From Malacoraja senta (lineage: Eukaryota): 64,000 nt of DNA. Position 1 is the first letter of the stretch, and every line of letters starts with the position of its first letter. Location of the stretch: contig CM075988.1 in NCBI GenBank assembly GCA_038087875.1, forward strand, positions 496,001 through 560,000, written 5' to 3'. The notes under the pieces are model-generated. The model ran no database searches. It was not told the origin of the DNA and saw nothing but the letters and a program-made list of their open reading frames with translations. A program made the translations under genes and the position numbers. Positions 47,600-60,179 of this stretch are shown here, in pieces.

Positions 47600-49869
47600 G
47601 GGTGAAATTTTAAGAGTACAGAATCTTTATGTCCCTGTTCGGTTGAAAGGACATAGTAAAAAATGGAAAGAGCCATGGTTTTCAAGGGAAATTGGACACG
47701 GTTCGGAAAAAGAGAGAGATCTACAATAATTATAGGCAGCATGGAGTAAATGAGGTGCTTGAGGAGTATAAAGAATGTAAAAAGAATATTAAGAAAGAAA
47801 TTAGAAAAGCTAAAAGAAGATATGAGGTTGCTTTGGCAAGTAAGGTGAAAGTAAATCCAAAGGGTTTCTACAGCTATATTAATAGCAAAAGGATAACAAG
47901 GAATACAATTGCTCCATTAGAGAGTCAGAGTGGACAGCTATCTGCAGAGCCAAAAGAGATGGGGGAGATATTGAACAATTTCTTTTCTTCGGTATTCACG
48001 AAGGAGAAGGATATGGAATTATGTGAGGTAAGGGAAACAAGCAGAGTAGCAATGGAAACTGTGAGATTCAAAGTAGAGGAGGTGCGGACACTTTTGAAAA
48101 ATATGAAAACGGATAAGTCTCCAGGTCCTGACAGGATATTCCCTAGGACATTGAGGGAAGTTAGTGTAGAAATAGCAGGGGCTATGACAGAAATATTCCA
48201 AATGTCATTAGAAACGGGAATAGTGCCGGAGGATTGGCGTACTGCGCATGTTGTTCCGTTGTTTAAAAAGGGTTCGAAGAGTAAACCAAGCAATTATAGA
48301 CCTGTTAGTTTGACGTCAGTGGTGGGCAAATTAATGGAAAGGATACTTAAAGATAATATATATAAGCATCTGGATAAGCAGGGTCTGATTAGGAACAGTC
48401 AACATGGATTTGTGCCTGGAAGGTCATGCTTGACTAATCTTCTTGAATTTTTCGAAGAGGTTACTAGGGAAATTGATGAGGGTAAAGCAGTGGATGTTGT
48501 CTATATGGACTTCAGTAAGGCCTTTGACAAGGTTCCTCATGGAAGGTTGGTTAAGAAGATTCAATTGTTGGGTATTAATGGTGGAGTAGCAAGATGGATT
48601 CAACAGTGGCTGAATGGGAGATGCCAGAGAGTAATGGTGGATGGCTGTTTGTCAGGTTGGAGGCCGGTGACTAGTGGGGTGCCTCAGGGGTCTGTGTTGG
48701 GTCCACTGTTGTTTGTCATGTACATCAATGATCTGGATGATGGTGTGGAAAATTGGATTAGTAAGTATGCAGATGATACTAAGATAGGTGGTGTTGTGGA
48801 TAATGAAGTAGATTTTCAAAGTCTACAGAGAGATTTAGGCCATTTGGAAGAGTGGGCTGAAAGATGGCAGATGGAGTTTAACGCTGACAAATGTGAGGTG
48901 CTACATCTCGGCAGGACAAATCAAAATAGGACGTACACGGTAAATGGTAGCGAATTGAGCAATGCAGTTGAACAGAGGGATCTAGGAATAACTGTGCATA
49001 GTTCCCTGAAGGTGGAATCTCATGTAGATAGGGTGGTAAAGAAAGCTTTTGGTGTGCTGGCCTTTATAAATCAGAGCATTGAATATAGAAGTTGGGATGT
49101 AATGTTAAAATTGTACAAGGCATTGGTGAGGCCAATTCTGGAGTATGGAGTACAATTTTGGTCGCCTAATTATAGGAAGGATGTCAACAAAATAGAGAGA
49201 GTACAGAGGAGATTTACTAGAATGTTGCCTGGGTTTCAGCAACTAAGTTACAGAGAAAGGTTGAACAAGTTAGGTCTTTATTCTTTGGAGCGCAGAAGGT
49301 TAAGAGGGGACTTGATAGAGGTCTTTAAAATTATGAGCGGGTTAGGCAGAGTGGATGTGGATAAGCTTTTCCCATTGAGAGTAGGGAAGATTCAATCAAG
49401 GGGACTTGACTTGAGAATTAAGGGACAGAAGTTTAGGGGGAACATTAGGGGGAACTTACACAAAAATGCTGGAGAAACTCAGCGGGTGCAGCAGCATCTA
49501 TGGAGCGAAGGAAATAGGCAACGTTTCGGGCCGAAACCCTTCTTCAGACCCTTCTTCCAGCATCTGCAGTTCCTTCTTTAACATTAGGGGAACTTCTTTA
49601 CTCAGAGAGTGGTAGCTGTGTGGAATGAGCTTCCAGTGGAAGTGGTGGAGGCAGGTTCGATGTTATCCTTTAAAAATAGATTGGATGGGTATATGGACGG
49701 GAAAGGAATGGAGGGTTATGGTCTGAGTGCAGGTAGATGGGAGTAGGGGGAAGTATTTATTTTTAATTTAAATTTTTTTTTTTTTTAATGTTCGGCACGG
49801 ACTTGAAGGGCCGAGATGGCCTGTTTCCGTGCTGTTATGGTTATATGGTTATATGGTTATATGGTTATA
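47600..49869 (+). mobile_element. CR1 LINE (family A), 5'-truncated, long open ORF2 (47692..49581)
   Basis: Nearly identical to 110..1715; YADD intact; (ATATGGTT)n tail at 49835-49869. Confidence 0.94.
49458..49579. mobile_element. Penelope-derived short insertion with internal inversion and hammerhead-like core
   Basis: TSD AACATTAGGGG(G)AACTT at 49441-49457 and 49580-49595; minus strand reads CTGAAGAAGGGTTTCGGCCCGAAACGTT. Confidence 0.85.
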
Positions 49870-50127
49870 TCAGTCCAATGTGTCGAACAGTTTGTGCAGC
49901 GTGTCATTTCTCCTTACAACATGAATTAAGACACTTCAACATTGATCGAGAACAAATCATTGGCAATCACTCACATGGAGCAATGCAGGGAAATAATGAA
50001 TGTACTTAATGGGGCAGTGGATACCAACCAGGATGATGATTATAGAAGGCAGTCAATTTGTCTGTTGCTTCTACTGAATCTGTAGGAAACAACTAAAGTG
50101 TCTTGTAGGATGGACATGTAGATGCTG

Positions 50128-51230
50128 TTTACATCGAAGATAAACACAAAATGCTGGAGTAACTCAGCGGGACAGGCAGTACTGGATTGAGGAATGGGTG
50201 ATGTTTCGGATCGAGACTGAGAGTCAGAGGGAGATACATAGATAAGGAAGTGTAAGGTGGGAAAACGAGATCAAAGGGGATGATGTTCAAGAAAAATGGA
50301 CAATAGTTCATTGTTAGCTAGGAGAAGGTGACAACGAAACAGAGATAAGATTAAATTGGGGGGACAGCCAGACTTGTCGCAGAACTGGGAAGTGGGATGG
50401 ATGGACAGCGAGGGAAAGCAAGGGTTACTTGAAGTTAGAGAAGTCAATGTTCATACCACTGGGGTGTAAACTGCCCAAGCGAAATATGAGGTGCTGTCCC
50501 TCCAATTTGCGCTGGGCCTCACTCTGACAATGGAGGAGGCCCAGGACAGAGAGGTCAGTGGGGGGGGGGGGGGGGGGTTAATGTGTTTAGCAACCGGGAG
50601 ATCAGGTAGGTTCAGGTGGGCTAAACAGAGGTGTTCAGCGAAACGATCGCCGAGCCTGCTCTTGGTCTCGACGATATATAGGAGTCCACACCTGGAACAG
50701 CGGATACAGTAGATGAGGTTGGAGGAGGTGGAGGTGAATTTTTGCCTCACCTGAAAATACTGTCGGGGTCCTTGGACGAAGGAGGAGGTATAGGGACAGG
50801 TGTTGCATCTCTTGCAGTTGCTGCGGAAAGTACCTGGGCATGGAATGGTTTGGGTGGGAAAGGATGAGTTAACCAGGGAGTTGTGGAGGGAACGGTCTCT
50901 GCGGAATGAGGAAAGGTGTGGAGATGGGAAGATGTGGCTAGTGGTGGGATCCCGTTGGAGGTATCGAAAATGTCGGAGGATTATGTGTTATATGCGACGG
51001 CTAAAAGGTGAGGACGATGGGGACGCGACTGGGGGTGGGAGAGCAAGAGCGGAGCTGCGGGATATCGAGGAGACCCTTGTGATGGCCTCATCTATGATGT
51101 AAGAGGAGAACCTAAAGAATGAGGACATCACGGATGTCCTGGTATGAAACACCTCATCTTGGACGCAGATGCGACGTAGATGGAGGAATTGGGAGTAGGG
51201 GCTAAAGTCTTTGCAGGAAGCAGTGGGAAG
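50128..51230 (-). mobile_element. Penelope-like element 3' part (GIY-YIG endonuclease plus terminal repeat)
   Basis: ORF 50451..50750 SSNLIYCIRCSRCGLLYIVETKSRLGDRFAEH. Confidence 0.88.
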
Positions 51231-51607
51231 TGTCTTGTTCTCTATAAATTAAACTTCATATCTCACCGCGCCGGATGTCCACATTTACGGGTGTGGTGGA
51301 ACATTTTTTATTGTTCTGGTGCTGAGCTGACAGTGTCTCGATCATAAAACAATACGCTGGAGGATCTAAGCGGGTCCGGCAGCATCTTTGGAGGTAATGG
51401 ACAAACTTCTGGTCGGAAACTTCCTCTTGACTCTAACTGAGTCCCTCCGCTGCCATCGCCTTCGTGAATGGTGCAAATGTAAATACTCTGTCTTCATAAT
51501 CCTGCAGTTAGGGTCGGAACGAGCACTCGCCTGTTCCATGACTCTGCCTTGCTGAAAGCAAAATAATATCTTAACCCGGAGTTGAGCTGCAGTAACAAAG
51601 CTCGGTA

Positions 51608-52468
51608 AGAAGAGGTTTCACGGCAGTCGAGTCACGACTCCATGACCCGTACTGTTGCTACGCTATGCCAAATGGATTACACGCGATGAACTGCACTTAC
51701 CATTGTTTCCAGCGTTGCGGGCCCGTTAAAACCCGCCGAAATGGTCAATTTTTGCGCTGTAAATAATTATGGAAATCGGGATAAGCGTGGGAGACATTTA
51801 GCCAACTTCAGAATTCAAAAAGCGAGGAGAAATGACGGTAGATAGAAGCGAGAGTTGAAGGGACAACAACAGCTTGGCAAACATTGGCCGTTTGCTCACT
51901 GCATTTCATCAACTAAGGCATTATTTGTGGTTTTTCTTGATTCCTTTGGCATCTAAAAAGTTTCAGAAGGGAAAATCGCCCCTGGTTCTCGTGGGTTTTT
52001 ACATACAAAAATAAAACGCCTCTGAAGCAAAATTTACAACCAGATTTACCACTTCTGAGACTTTTTAGATACCAAAGAAATAAAAAATAAAAAAAATAAT
52101 GCCTTACCGTTAATGAAATGCAGCGAACAAACGCGATAATTCCCAATATTTTCAATTCCGATATCTGCATGGCCAATGTTCACCAAGCATTTTAGCTGTT
52201 GTTGTCCCTTCAGCTCTCGCTTCTCTTTACCTTCATTTCGCTTCACTTTTGTAATTCTGAAGTTGGGTACGTGTCTCTCACACTTACCCCGACTTCCACA
52301 ATTTTTTACAGCGAAAAAATTCAACATTTTGGCGTTTTTTAACAGGTAGGAAAGTACGCGTTTCTTGTATTAATAACATATACCGGAAGTGACGGATGTC
52401 TTCCAGATGGATTGAGCGGCTCCGAGCGTCAAGCCCTATGACCCGGTGACCTTACGTGCAACCCCCCT
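51608..52468. mobile_element. Palindromic non-autonomous DNA element with two inverted THAP-domain remnants
   Basis: Arms at about 51715-51978 and 52043-52345 are reverse complements; MVNFCAVNN...VCSLHF (+) and MLNFFAVKNC...RVCSLHF (-). Confidence 0.7.
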
Positions 52469-52631
52469 ATAAACACAGCTAGAAATTCGATCGCTTAATG
52501 CATTCGATTTGAAATCCAGTGGGGATTCCCTAGCTTCGAAACCTGGTGGCAGCGCTAATATTTCCATTCCAACAACGACATCAATTGCGCTGGTTGTGTT
52601 ATCGCCCCGTCAGGACTCGGTCCGCGCATTA

Positions 52632-52889
52632 CACACAGTGGCGCAGCGGTAGAGTTGCTGTAGGGACCTGGGTTTGATCCTGACTACGGGTGCTGTCTGT
52701 ACGGAGTTTGTCCGTTCCCCCTGTGACCGTGCGGGTTTTCTCCAGGTGCTCCGGTTTCCTCCCACATTTGCAAAGATGTACAGGTTTGAACGTTAAGTCC
52801 CTACTGTGCAGGATAGAACTCATTGGTTGACGCAGAATCGGTGAGCCGAACGACCGTTTACCACACTGTATCTCTAAACTGAACTAAAC
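52632..52889 (+). mobile_element. tRNA-derived V-type SINE
   Basis: A box TGGCGCAGCGG, B box GGTTTGATCC, central GGTTTCCTCCCACA, CTAAA-type tail. Confidence 0.85.
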
Positions 52890-53050
52890 AAGCAATGCCC
52901 GATCTTGCTGCAATGCTGAGTGAAAAGAAAGTGCTGGAAATTGCTTCAGCCCAATCTTAGTTTAGTTCAGAGATACAGCGCTGAAACACCAAGTCCGCGA
53001 TCCTGCACACCAGGAACAATGTTTACATTTATACCAAGCCAATTAACCTA

Positions 53051-54900
53051 GAATCAAAATACACAGGACAAGATGTTAAGAAGTCCCTTGTGCCAATAGG
53101 TGGGGAGCATTTCACGACATTTGTTGATTGTTGAGAGTGGTAGACGCTCAACATCGGGGGGGGGGTAACCTTCAGGACAGTTGGGCACAGGACACATCAT
53201 CAGTAGTGTACCCTTGCATCACTGGGTGTTTCGGCCTTTTAATACTATACACCCTCCACAAGGGCGGCCCGCTGCAGGATGATCAACCCTCAGCGCATGT
53301 CCCGTGTCAAACCGTCCCAAAGATTCACCCCGACATACTTGGGGCCCAGCATGGGTCTTTCCGCTTGAGCCAAATCCACCGGCTGCTTCTTTCAGCCGCC
53401 TCTGAGAGTGATCTTATGGTCTTCCGCAGAGCCTGACCGTGGATTCCAAGCTCCTTCAGCAGTCTGATGGTAGATGACGCAACAAATCCTCTGCATCCCA
53501 CTTCAACTGGATAGACTTTGGTGTTCCAGCCACGCTGCGTTGCCTCTGCTGCAAGCTCTGCGTAGCGCAGCTTCTTACGCTCATAGGCCTCCTCAACAGA
53601 GTTCTCCCATGGAACTGTGAGCTCTATGATGTAAGCAGTCTTCTGTGAAGGGGACCAGAACACCAAGTCTGGCCTGAGGGTGGTGGAAGCAATTTCAGGT
53701 GGAAAAATTAGTTGTCGGCCGATGTCCGCCAGCATCCTCCAGTCACGGGCCCTGCATTGGCTTCCTTCTTCTGATCTGGTGGAAGGAAGTTTAGAGGTTT
53801 TCTGTCCTTCTCGGACAAAGGTTGTTACCCTTAGCGGAGGGGGGTTGCTTGTTCTCGGAGGCAAGGAGTTGGTCGCACACCGCCTGTTCTCAAGGGCTGA
53901 TGCCAGGCTTTTTAGTACCTGATTATGCCGCCACGTGTATCTCCCTTGCGTGAGGCTGGTCTTGCAGCCTACCATGATGTGTTTGAGGGTCGCTGGAGTT
54001 GGGCAGATGGCACAGGTTGGATCCTCGCCGTACCACTGATGGAGGTTCTTTGGTGATGGAAGCACGTCATATGTCGCTCTGATGATGAAGCTGATCTTGC
54101 TTGCTTCCACTTCCCATAGTTCTTTCCAGCTGATCTTCCTCCGCTCCACACCTTCCCACTGCATCCATTGCCCCTGCTTGGCAAGAGAGACCACCTTTGC
54201 ACTTCTTGCGGCCTCCTCCTGTCGCCGCACCTCCTCAACCACCAACGTCCTCCGCTCTGATGTTGTGGCCTTTCGCCAAGTTGGTTTACTTGTCATAAGG
54301 CCAAAGCCTCCTCTTCCCTGCTGGACTTGCCCCACTATGTCTTTGTGCCTCAGGGCTGATGAAGCTTGCTGTACTGCATCAGATGGTGTCCACTTCCGGC
54401 CAGTTGCTAGGGGCGGCGCAACAGCACTGATGATCTTGTCTCTAGAGTCCCTCAGTGTCATCTGGAGTTTTACTTTAGAACACTTATATTCCTCTGTTAG
54501 ACTAGTGAGAGGTAGTTCCAGGACCCCTTTGCCATAGAGGCCGATGTTAGTTAGACATCGTGGGACACCGAGCCATTTCTTCACGTATGAAGTTATGGTT
54601 CGCTCCATCTTCTCCACAGTTGCTATTGGGGCTTCATAAACGGTCAGTGGCCACATTGTCCGAGGAAGGAGTCCAAACTGTAGGCACCAGAGCTTCAGTT
54701 TCCCAGGCAGTAGGGTCTGATTGATGTTCTCCAGTCCATTGACAATTTCTTAGTTGTTGCACCTGCTCTTTGTCCTTAAGACTTGCGTTATACCATCTTC
54801 CCAGGCTTTTAACTGGCTGCTCAGACACTGTTGGTATTGGGTCGTCACCGATACAGAACCTTGTGTCTCTAAGCACCCCCTTGACTATGAAGATGCTTCG
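53051..54900 (-). mobile_element. Hero-like non-LTR retrotransposon with restriction-like endonuclease, 5'-truncated
   Basis: ORF 53325..54656: CAIC..H..C zinc knuckle, RYTWRHNQV, RPDLV, IIELTVPWE, KKLRY, PVEVGCRG. Confidence 0.85.
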
Positions 54901-57065
54901 ACCTATACGTCTTTGGAGTGTGTGAGGACGTACAGGTTTGTAGGTTAATTGGCTTGGTATAAATGTAAACATTTATAGAAAACCCACTCGGGAGAATGTA
55001 CAAATGCTACGATAGAACTTTATTTAGCCCAGGAGGGGAATTGATCTGCCAACAGTCATAAAAACACAAAATACATGAAACATGAAGTTAAAGTGACAAG
55101 TGCAAAGGATTGGGGGTTTGCAAAGATGGGGAGGGGGGTCAGTCTCAGTCTCATGACATCTACCCCATGACAGGAGGGGAGGAGCTGTGCAATTTGATAG
55201 CCACAGGGAAGAAGGATCTCCTGTGGCGTTCTGTCCTGCATCTTGGTAGAACCAGTCTGGAGATGAAAGTACTTCTCAGGTTGATCAGTGTGTCATGGAG
55301 GGGGTGAGCTGTATTGTCCAGGATGCTCTGCAGTTTGAGGAGCATCCTCCTCTCCAAACCACCTCCCATGAATCCTCCGCCCCCAGGACGGAGCCAGCCT
55401 TCCTGATGAGAGTCATGTTTTTTTAAACTTCTCCAGTTAGAGCACGTGGATGATGGTGTCCTCAACCCCCCATCTTTGTTTGGTGAGCAAACTGCAGGGG
55501 GTCGCAGGGGAGTGATCACCAGCCTCTCCAGCGACTTCATGATGTATGAAGTCAGCGCTGAGCTGAAGTCTGTAATCATTGGAGGAGCTGGGACGCGTCC
55601 TGTGTGGTACAGGAACCAGGCAGGAAGTCTTCTACATCACAAGAACCCTCTCCAGGCTCAGACTCAGGTTGAAGATATGCTGGAGTACTCCTCACAACAG
55701 TCTGGCACACACCTTGAGTACTCTAGGGTTGACACCATCGGGACGTGTGGCTTTACCTGGGCAGAGTCTGCTCAGCTCCTTCCTCACCTGCTCAGTCTTG
55801 ATAGTCAGGTGCGACAAAGAAAGGGCAGAGGGAGTGGACCAAGGGGATTGAGGGGGAGAGTCTGTCCGGGAGCAGGGGGGAGGGTGGGCAGAGGCCTCAC
55901 CGTTAAATCTATTAAAAAACAGGTTTAGCCCGTTGACCCTGTCCTGATTGCTGTCCCTCCCCAGGCCACTGGTCTCCTTGTAACTTTTAATTCTCTTCAT
56001 CCCACTCCACACATCCCTCCACCCACACAATGAATGGCGGTGCTGGCTCGAAGGGCCGAATGGCCTCCTCCTGCACCTATTTTCTATGCTGTTCTGCTGA
56101 CATTTCAGCTCCAGCTTCCTCCTGTAGTCACCTTTGCCCTGTCTCAGTCTCGCCTTCAGTTCTCTCTGCACCCGTTTCACCTCCTCCCTGTCAGCATTCC
56201 TGAAGGCCCGCTTCTTCTGGTTGAGAAGGGCCTTGGTGACCCAGGGCATGTTGTTGGGGAAACAGTGTACAGCCTCCTCTGGGACAACATTATCCACACA
56301 GAACTTTATGTATCTGGTAACACGGTCCGTAAGTCCATCAATGTCTCTCCATGGGGACTACAGAGTGCGTCCCAGTCTGTGACCTCACAATATCCCTGTA
56401 GAGCGTGATAGGCCTCCTATGACCATCTCCTCACTGACCTTGTGGTCACAGGCAGCCTCTGGACCATAGGCTTATACCTGGGTAGGAGATGAACCAGGTT
56501 GTGGTTGGTTCTTCCTAGTGGCGGGAGGGCTATGGAGCTGTACGCCTCTTTAACATTGGCATACAGCAGGTCCAATGTTTTCATATCCCTGGTGTGACAG
56601 CCAACAAACTGAGTGAAAGTGGGTAGGGTAGTGTCCAGAGTCACGTGGTTTAAATCCCCCGAGATAGCGATGAAAGCACTCGGGTGTTGTGTCGAGTCTA
56701 GCGGTGACTGGGTGGATGACGTCACCCACCCGCAGAGGGTTGGTGGACGGAGGAATGTAAACAGCCATCACAATGGCGTGTGAGAATTCCCTGGGCATAT
56801 AGTAAGGTCGGAGACCCACAGCCATCAGTTTAATGTCCGGGCTTCACACATGCTCCTTAACCATGATGTGACCAGGGTTGCACCATTTGTTGTTAATGGG
56901 AATAGTAAGTCCCCCACCTTTACACACGCTATTCTCTCTGCAGTCCCTGTCTGCCCGAACAGTCTGAAAGCCATCCACACTTGTGTTATAGACAATAGAC
57001 AATAGACAATAGGTGCAGGAGTAGGCCATTCGGCCCTTCGAGCCAGCACCGCCATTCAATATGAT

Positions 57066-58215
57066 AATCAAGTCAAGTCGGGAGAGTTTATTGTCATGTA
57101 TCCCAGATAGGACAATGAAATTCTTGCTTGCTGCAGCACAACAGAATATTGTAAGCATAAATACAGAACAGTTCAGTCCAATATACACATAAATAAACAG
57201 ATAAAGTGCAATTGGCTGTAACAGTTCAGCAACTGCGATAGATCCCTTCGATGGTGGGGAGGTCAGAGCCGATGATGGACTGGGCAGTGGTCACAACCTT
57301 CTGCATTCTTTTCCGCTCCTGGACGCACAAGTTGCTGAATCAGGCCACAATGCAACCGGTCATCATGTTCTCTACAGTGCAGCTGTAGAAGTTCTAGAGA
57401 GTCCTCCTTGACATACCAACTCTCTGTAATCTTCTCAGGAAGTAGAGGTGCTGATGTGCTTTCTTTATAATTACATCAGTGTGCTGGGACCAGGAAAGAT
57501 GTTCGGAAATGTGCACGCCCAGGAATTCCCAAGTTCTTGACCCTTTCCACCCTTGACCCTTTCCATTGATGTAAACGGGATTGTGGGTCCCTTTCCTACC
57601 CCTTCCAAAGTCCACAATCAGTTCCTTGGTTTTGCTGCTGTTGAGAGCCAGGTTATTGTGCTGGCACCATTTGGTCAATCGGTCGATCTCACTTCTATAC
57701 TCTGACTCGTCCCCATCAGTGATTCGTCCCACAACAGTGGTGTCGTCGGCAAACTTGATGATGGAGTTCGCACTGTGACCGGCTACGCAGTCATGAGTAT
57801 AGAGTGAGTACAGCAGGGGGCTGAGCACGCAGCCTTGAGATGCTCCCGTGCTGATTGTTACCGAGGATGACACATTTCCACCAATATGGACGGACTGTGG
57901 TCTGTGGATGAGGACGTTGAGGATCAAATTGCAGAGGGATGCGCAGAGACCCAGATCTGAGAGCTTGGTAACCAGCTTGGAGGGGATGATTGTATTAAAT
58001 GCCGAGCTGTAGTCAATGAATAACAGCCTGACATATGAGTTTTTGTTGTCCAAGTGGTCTAGAGTGGAGTGGAGAGCCAGTGAGATCGCATCCACCGTTG
58101 ATCTGTTGTGGCGGTAAGTGAACTGCAGTGGGTCGAGGTTCTTGTCGAGGTAGGAGTTGATAAGTGCCATAATCAACCTCTCAAACCACTTCATCACCAC
58201 AGATGTTAGTGCCAC
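57066..58215 (-). mobile_element. Rex1/Babar LINE fragment, same family as 45421..47550
   Basis: ORF 57394..58233 is nearly identical to 45601..46758; same CAAGT tail. Confidence 0.9.
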
Positions 58216-59118
58216 ATGGCTGATCATCCACAATCAGTACCCCGTTCCTGCCTTCTCAGCATATCCTCTGACTCCGCTATCTTTAAGAGCGCTATCAAGC
58301 TCTCTCTTGAAAGTATCCAGAGAACCGCCCTCTGTCAGAGAATTCCACAGACTCAAACTCTCTGTCTGAAAAAGTGTTTCCTCATCTCCGTTCTAAATGC
58401 CTTACCCCTTATTCTTAAACTGTGGCCACTGGTTCTGGACTCCCCCAACATCGGGAACATGTTTCCTGCCTCTAGCGTGTCCAAACCCTAAATAATCTTA
58501 AATGTTTCAAATAGATACCCTCTCATCCTTCTAAATTCCAGAGTATACAAGCCCAGCCGCTGCATTCTCTCAGCAAATGACAGTTCCGCCATCCCGGGAA
58601 TTAACTTTGTAAACCTACGCTACACTTCGTCAATAGCAAGAATGTCCTTCCTCAAATTAAGGGGACAAAAACTGCACACAGTACTCCAGGTGTGGTCTCA
58701 CTGGGGCCCTGTATAACTGCAGAAGGACCTCTTTGCTCCTATACTCAACTCCTCTTGTTATGAAGGCCAACATGCCATTCACTTTCTTCACTGCCTGCTG
58801 TATCTGCATGCTTACTTTAATTGACTGATGAACAAGGACTCCCATATCGTGTTGTACTTCCCCTTTTCCCAACTTGACACCATTTAGATAATAATCTGCC
58901 TTCCTGTTTTTGCTACCAAAGTGGATAACCTCACATTTATCCACATTAAACTGCATCTGCCATGCATCTGCCCACTCACCCAACCTGTCCAAGTCACCCT
59001 GCATTCTCATAGCATCCTCCTCACAGTTCACACTGCCAGCCAGCTTTGTGTCATCTGAAAATTTGCTAATGTTACTTTGAATTCCTTCATCTAAATCATT
59101 GATGTATATTGTAATAGC

Positions 59119-59284
59119 TGCGGTCCCAGTACCGAGCCTTGCGGTACCCCACTAATCACTGCGGTCCCAGCACCGAGCCTTGCGGCACCCCACTTGTCAC
59201 TGTAATCCCAGCACCAAGCCTTGCGGCACCCCACTAGTCACTGCGGTCCCAGCACCGAGCCTTGCGGCACCCCACTAGTCACTG
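59119..59284. repeat. Four tandem 41-bp copies of the CR1 5' truncation end
   Basis: CTGCGGTCCCAGCACCGAGCCTTGCGGCACCCCACTAGTCA repeated four times with variants. Confidence 0.92.
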
Positions 59285-60179
59285 TGAACTCTAGAATGTC
59301 CTTGTGGAGTCATGTCTCCCTGAAACTCCGTACAGACTAACACCCCTAGTCAGTATCGAACCCGGGTCTCTGGCGCTGTAAGGCAGCAACTCTACCGCTG
59401 TGCTAGCGCCTGATACGTCGTTTGTCCATTTCCCTCCACAGATCCGATCCGCTTTTTTGCACTATTGTTTGCGTTGTTATGTTGTGGCAATTTCAAAATA
59501 ATATATATTATCTATGTGTATTGTTTACAGGACTGTTATGTTGCTGCAAGTAGGAATTAATGTTTTGAATTGTTTACCAGATGAAGTGATTCCATTCACT
59601 TTTTTGTGTCCTGCACATTTGGAACTATAGTTTTTAATCTGGACTGTTAGCATCGACTGCAAACTGCCGATGCTGGTTTTCTGAAAAAAAACACAAAGTG
59701 CTGGAGTAACTCAGCATATCAGGCAGCATTTCCCGTGAACAAGAATACGCGACCTTTGGACCTTCTTTCTGAAGCTTTTCATTCATCAAAGGTCCTACCT
59801 AAATTCACTTTTCTAAATTTGGAATTCTGTGGCCTTTCAACAATGTTTTTTTTCTATCTCTCTCCACATTAAATAATTCAATTAACCTTGCTCTAAATCC
59901 CACTATGTGGAGAATTACATAACATCACCGATTTGTGATACACTTCACATTTTAATGATCACCTCCTCTCCCTGTAACCATTTGCTTTGATCCTTCTTCT
60001 CCATCTTGGGAAATCCTCTCAACATTTATCATGTTCTAACCCCTGAGAATCTCAGATGGTGCAATAAAATCACCCCTAGTTCATCTAATTATAACACAAT
60101 GCTCATTTAATAATGGCCCAAAGGACCAGAGTTCGCACAATATATCAAAGTTGTGGTTCCAAAAATATGAGGGAACCAT

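Larger units (their letters stand above)
56990..59284 (-). mobile_element. CR1 LINE (family D), 5'-truncated, split by a Rex1 copy (56990..57065 and 58216..59284)
   Basis: (ATAGACA)n tail; the 3' UTR rejoins across the insert; RT ORF 58657..59031. Confidence 0.85.
55005..59322 (-). mobile_element. Second Rex1/Babar-like LINE, internally deleted and split (55005..56989 and 59285..59322)
   Basis: EN motifs VGLRPYYMPREF, AVYIPP, ISGDLNH, TLDLLYAN; ET*LHKDI at about 59295-59318 continues NTSVDGFQ. Confidence 0.8.
52958..59405 (-). mobile_element. One V-type SINE split into three pieces (52958..53050, 54901..55004, 59323..59405)
   Basis: The pieces join in order into a copy of the 52632..52889 family: tail, central domain, tRNA head (GGTTCGATAC B box, GCGGTAGAGTTGCTG). 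Confidence 0.8.

Noticed and set aside
52632..52700. tRNA gene
   Set aside because: A and B boxes are present but the cloverleaf is incomplete and it continues into a SINE body.
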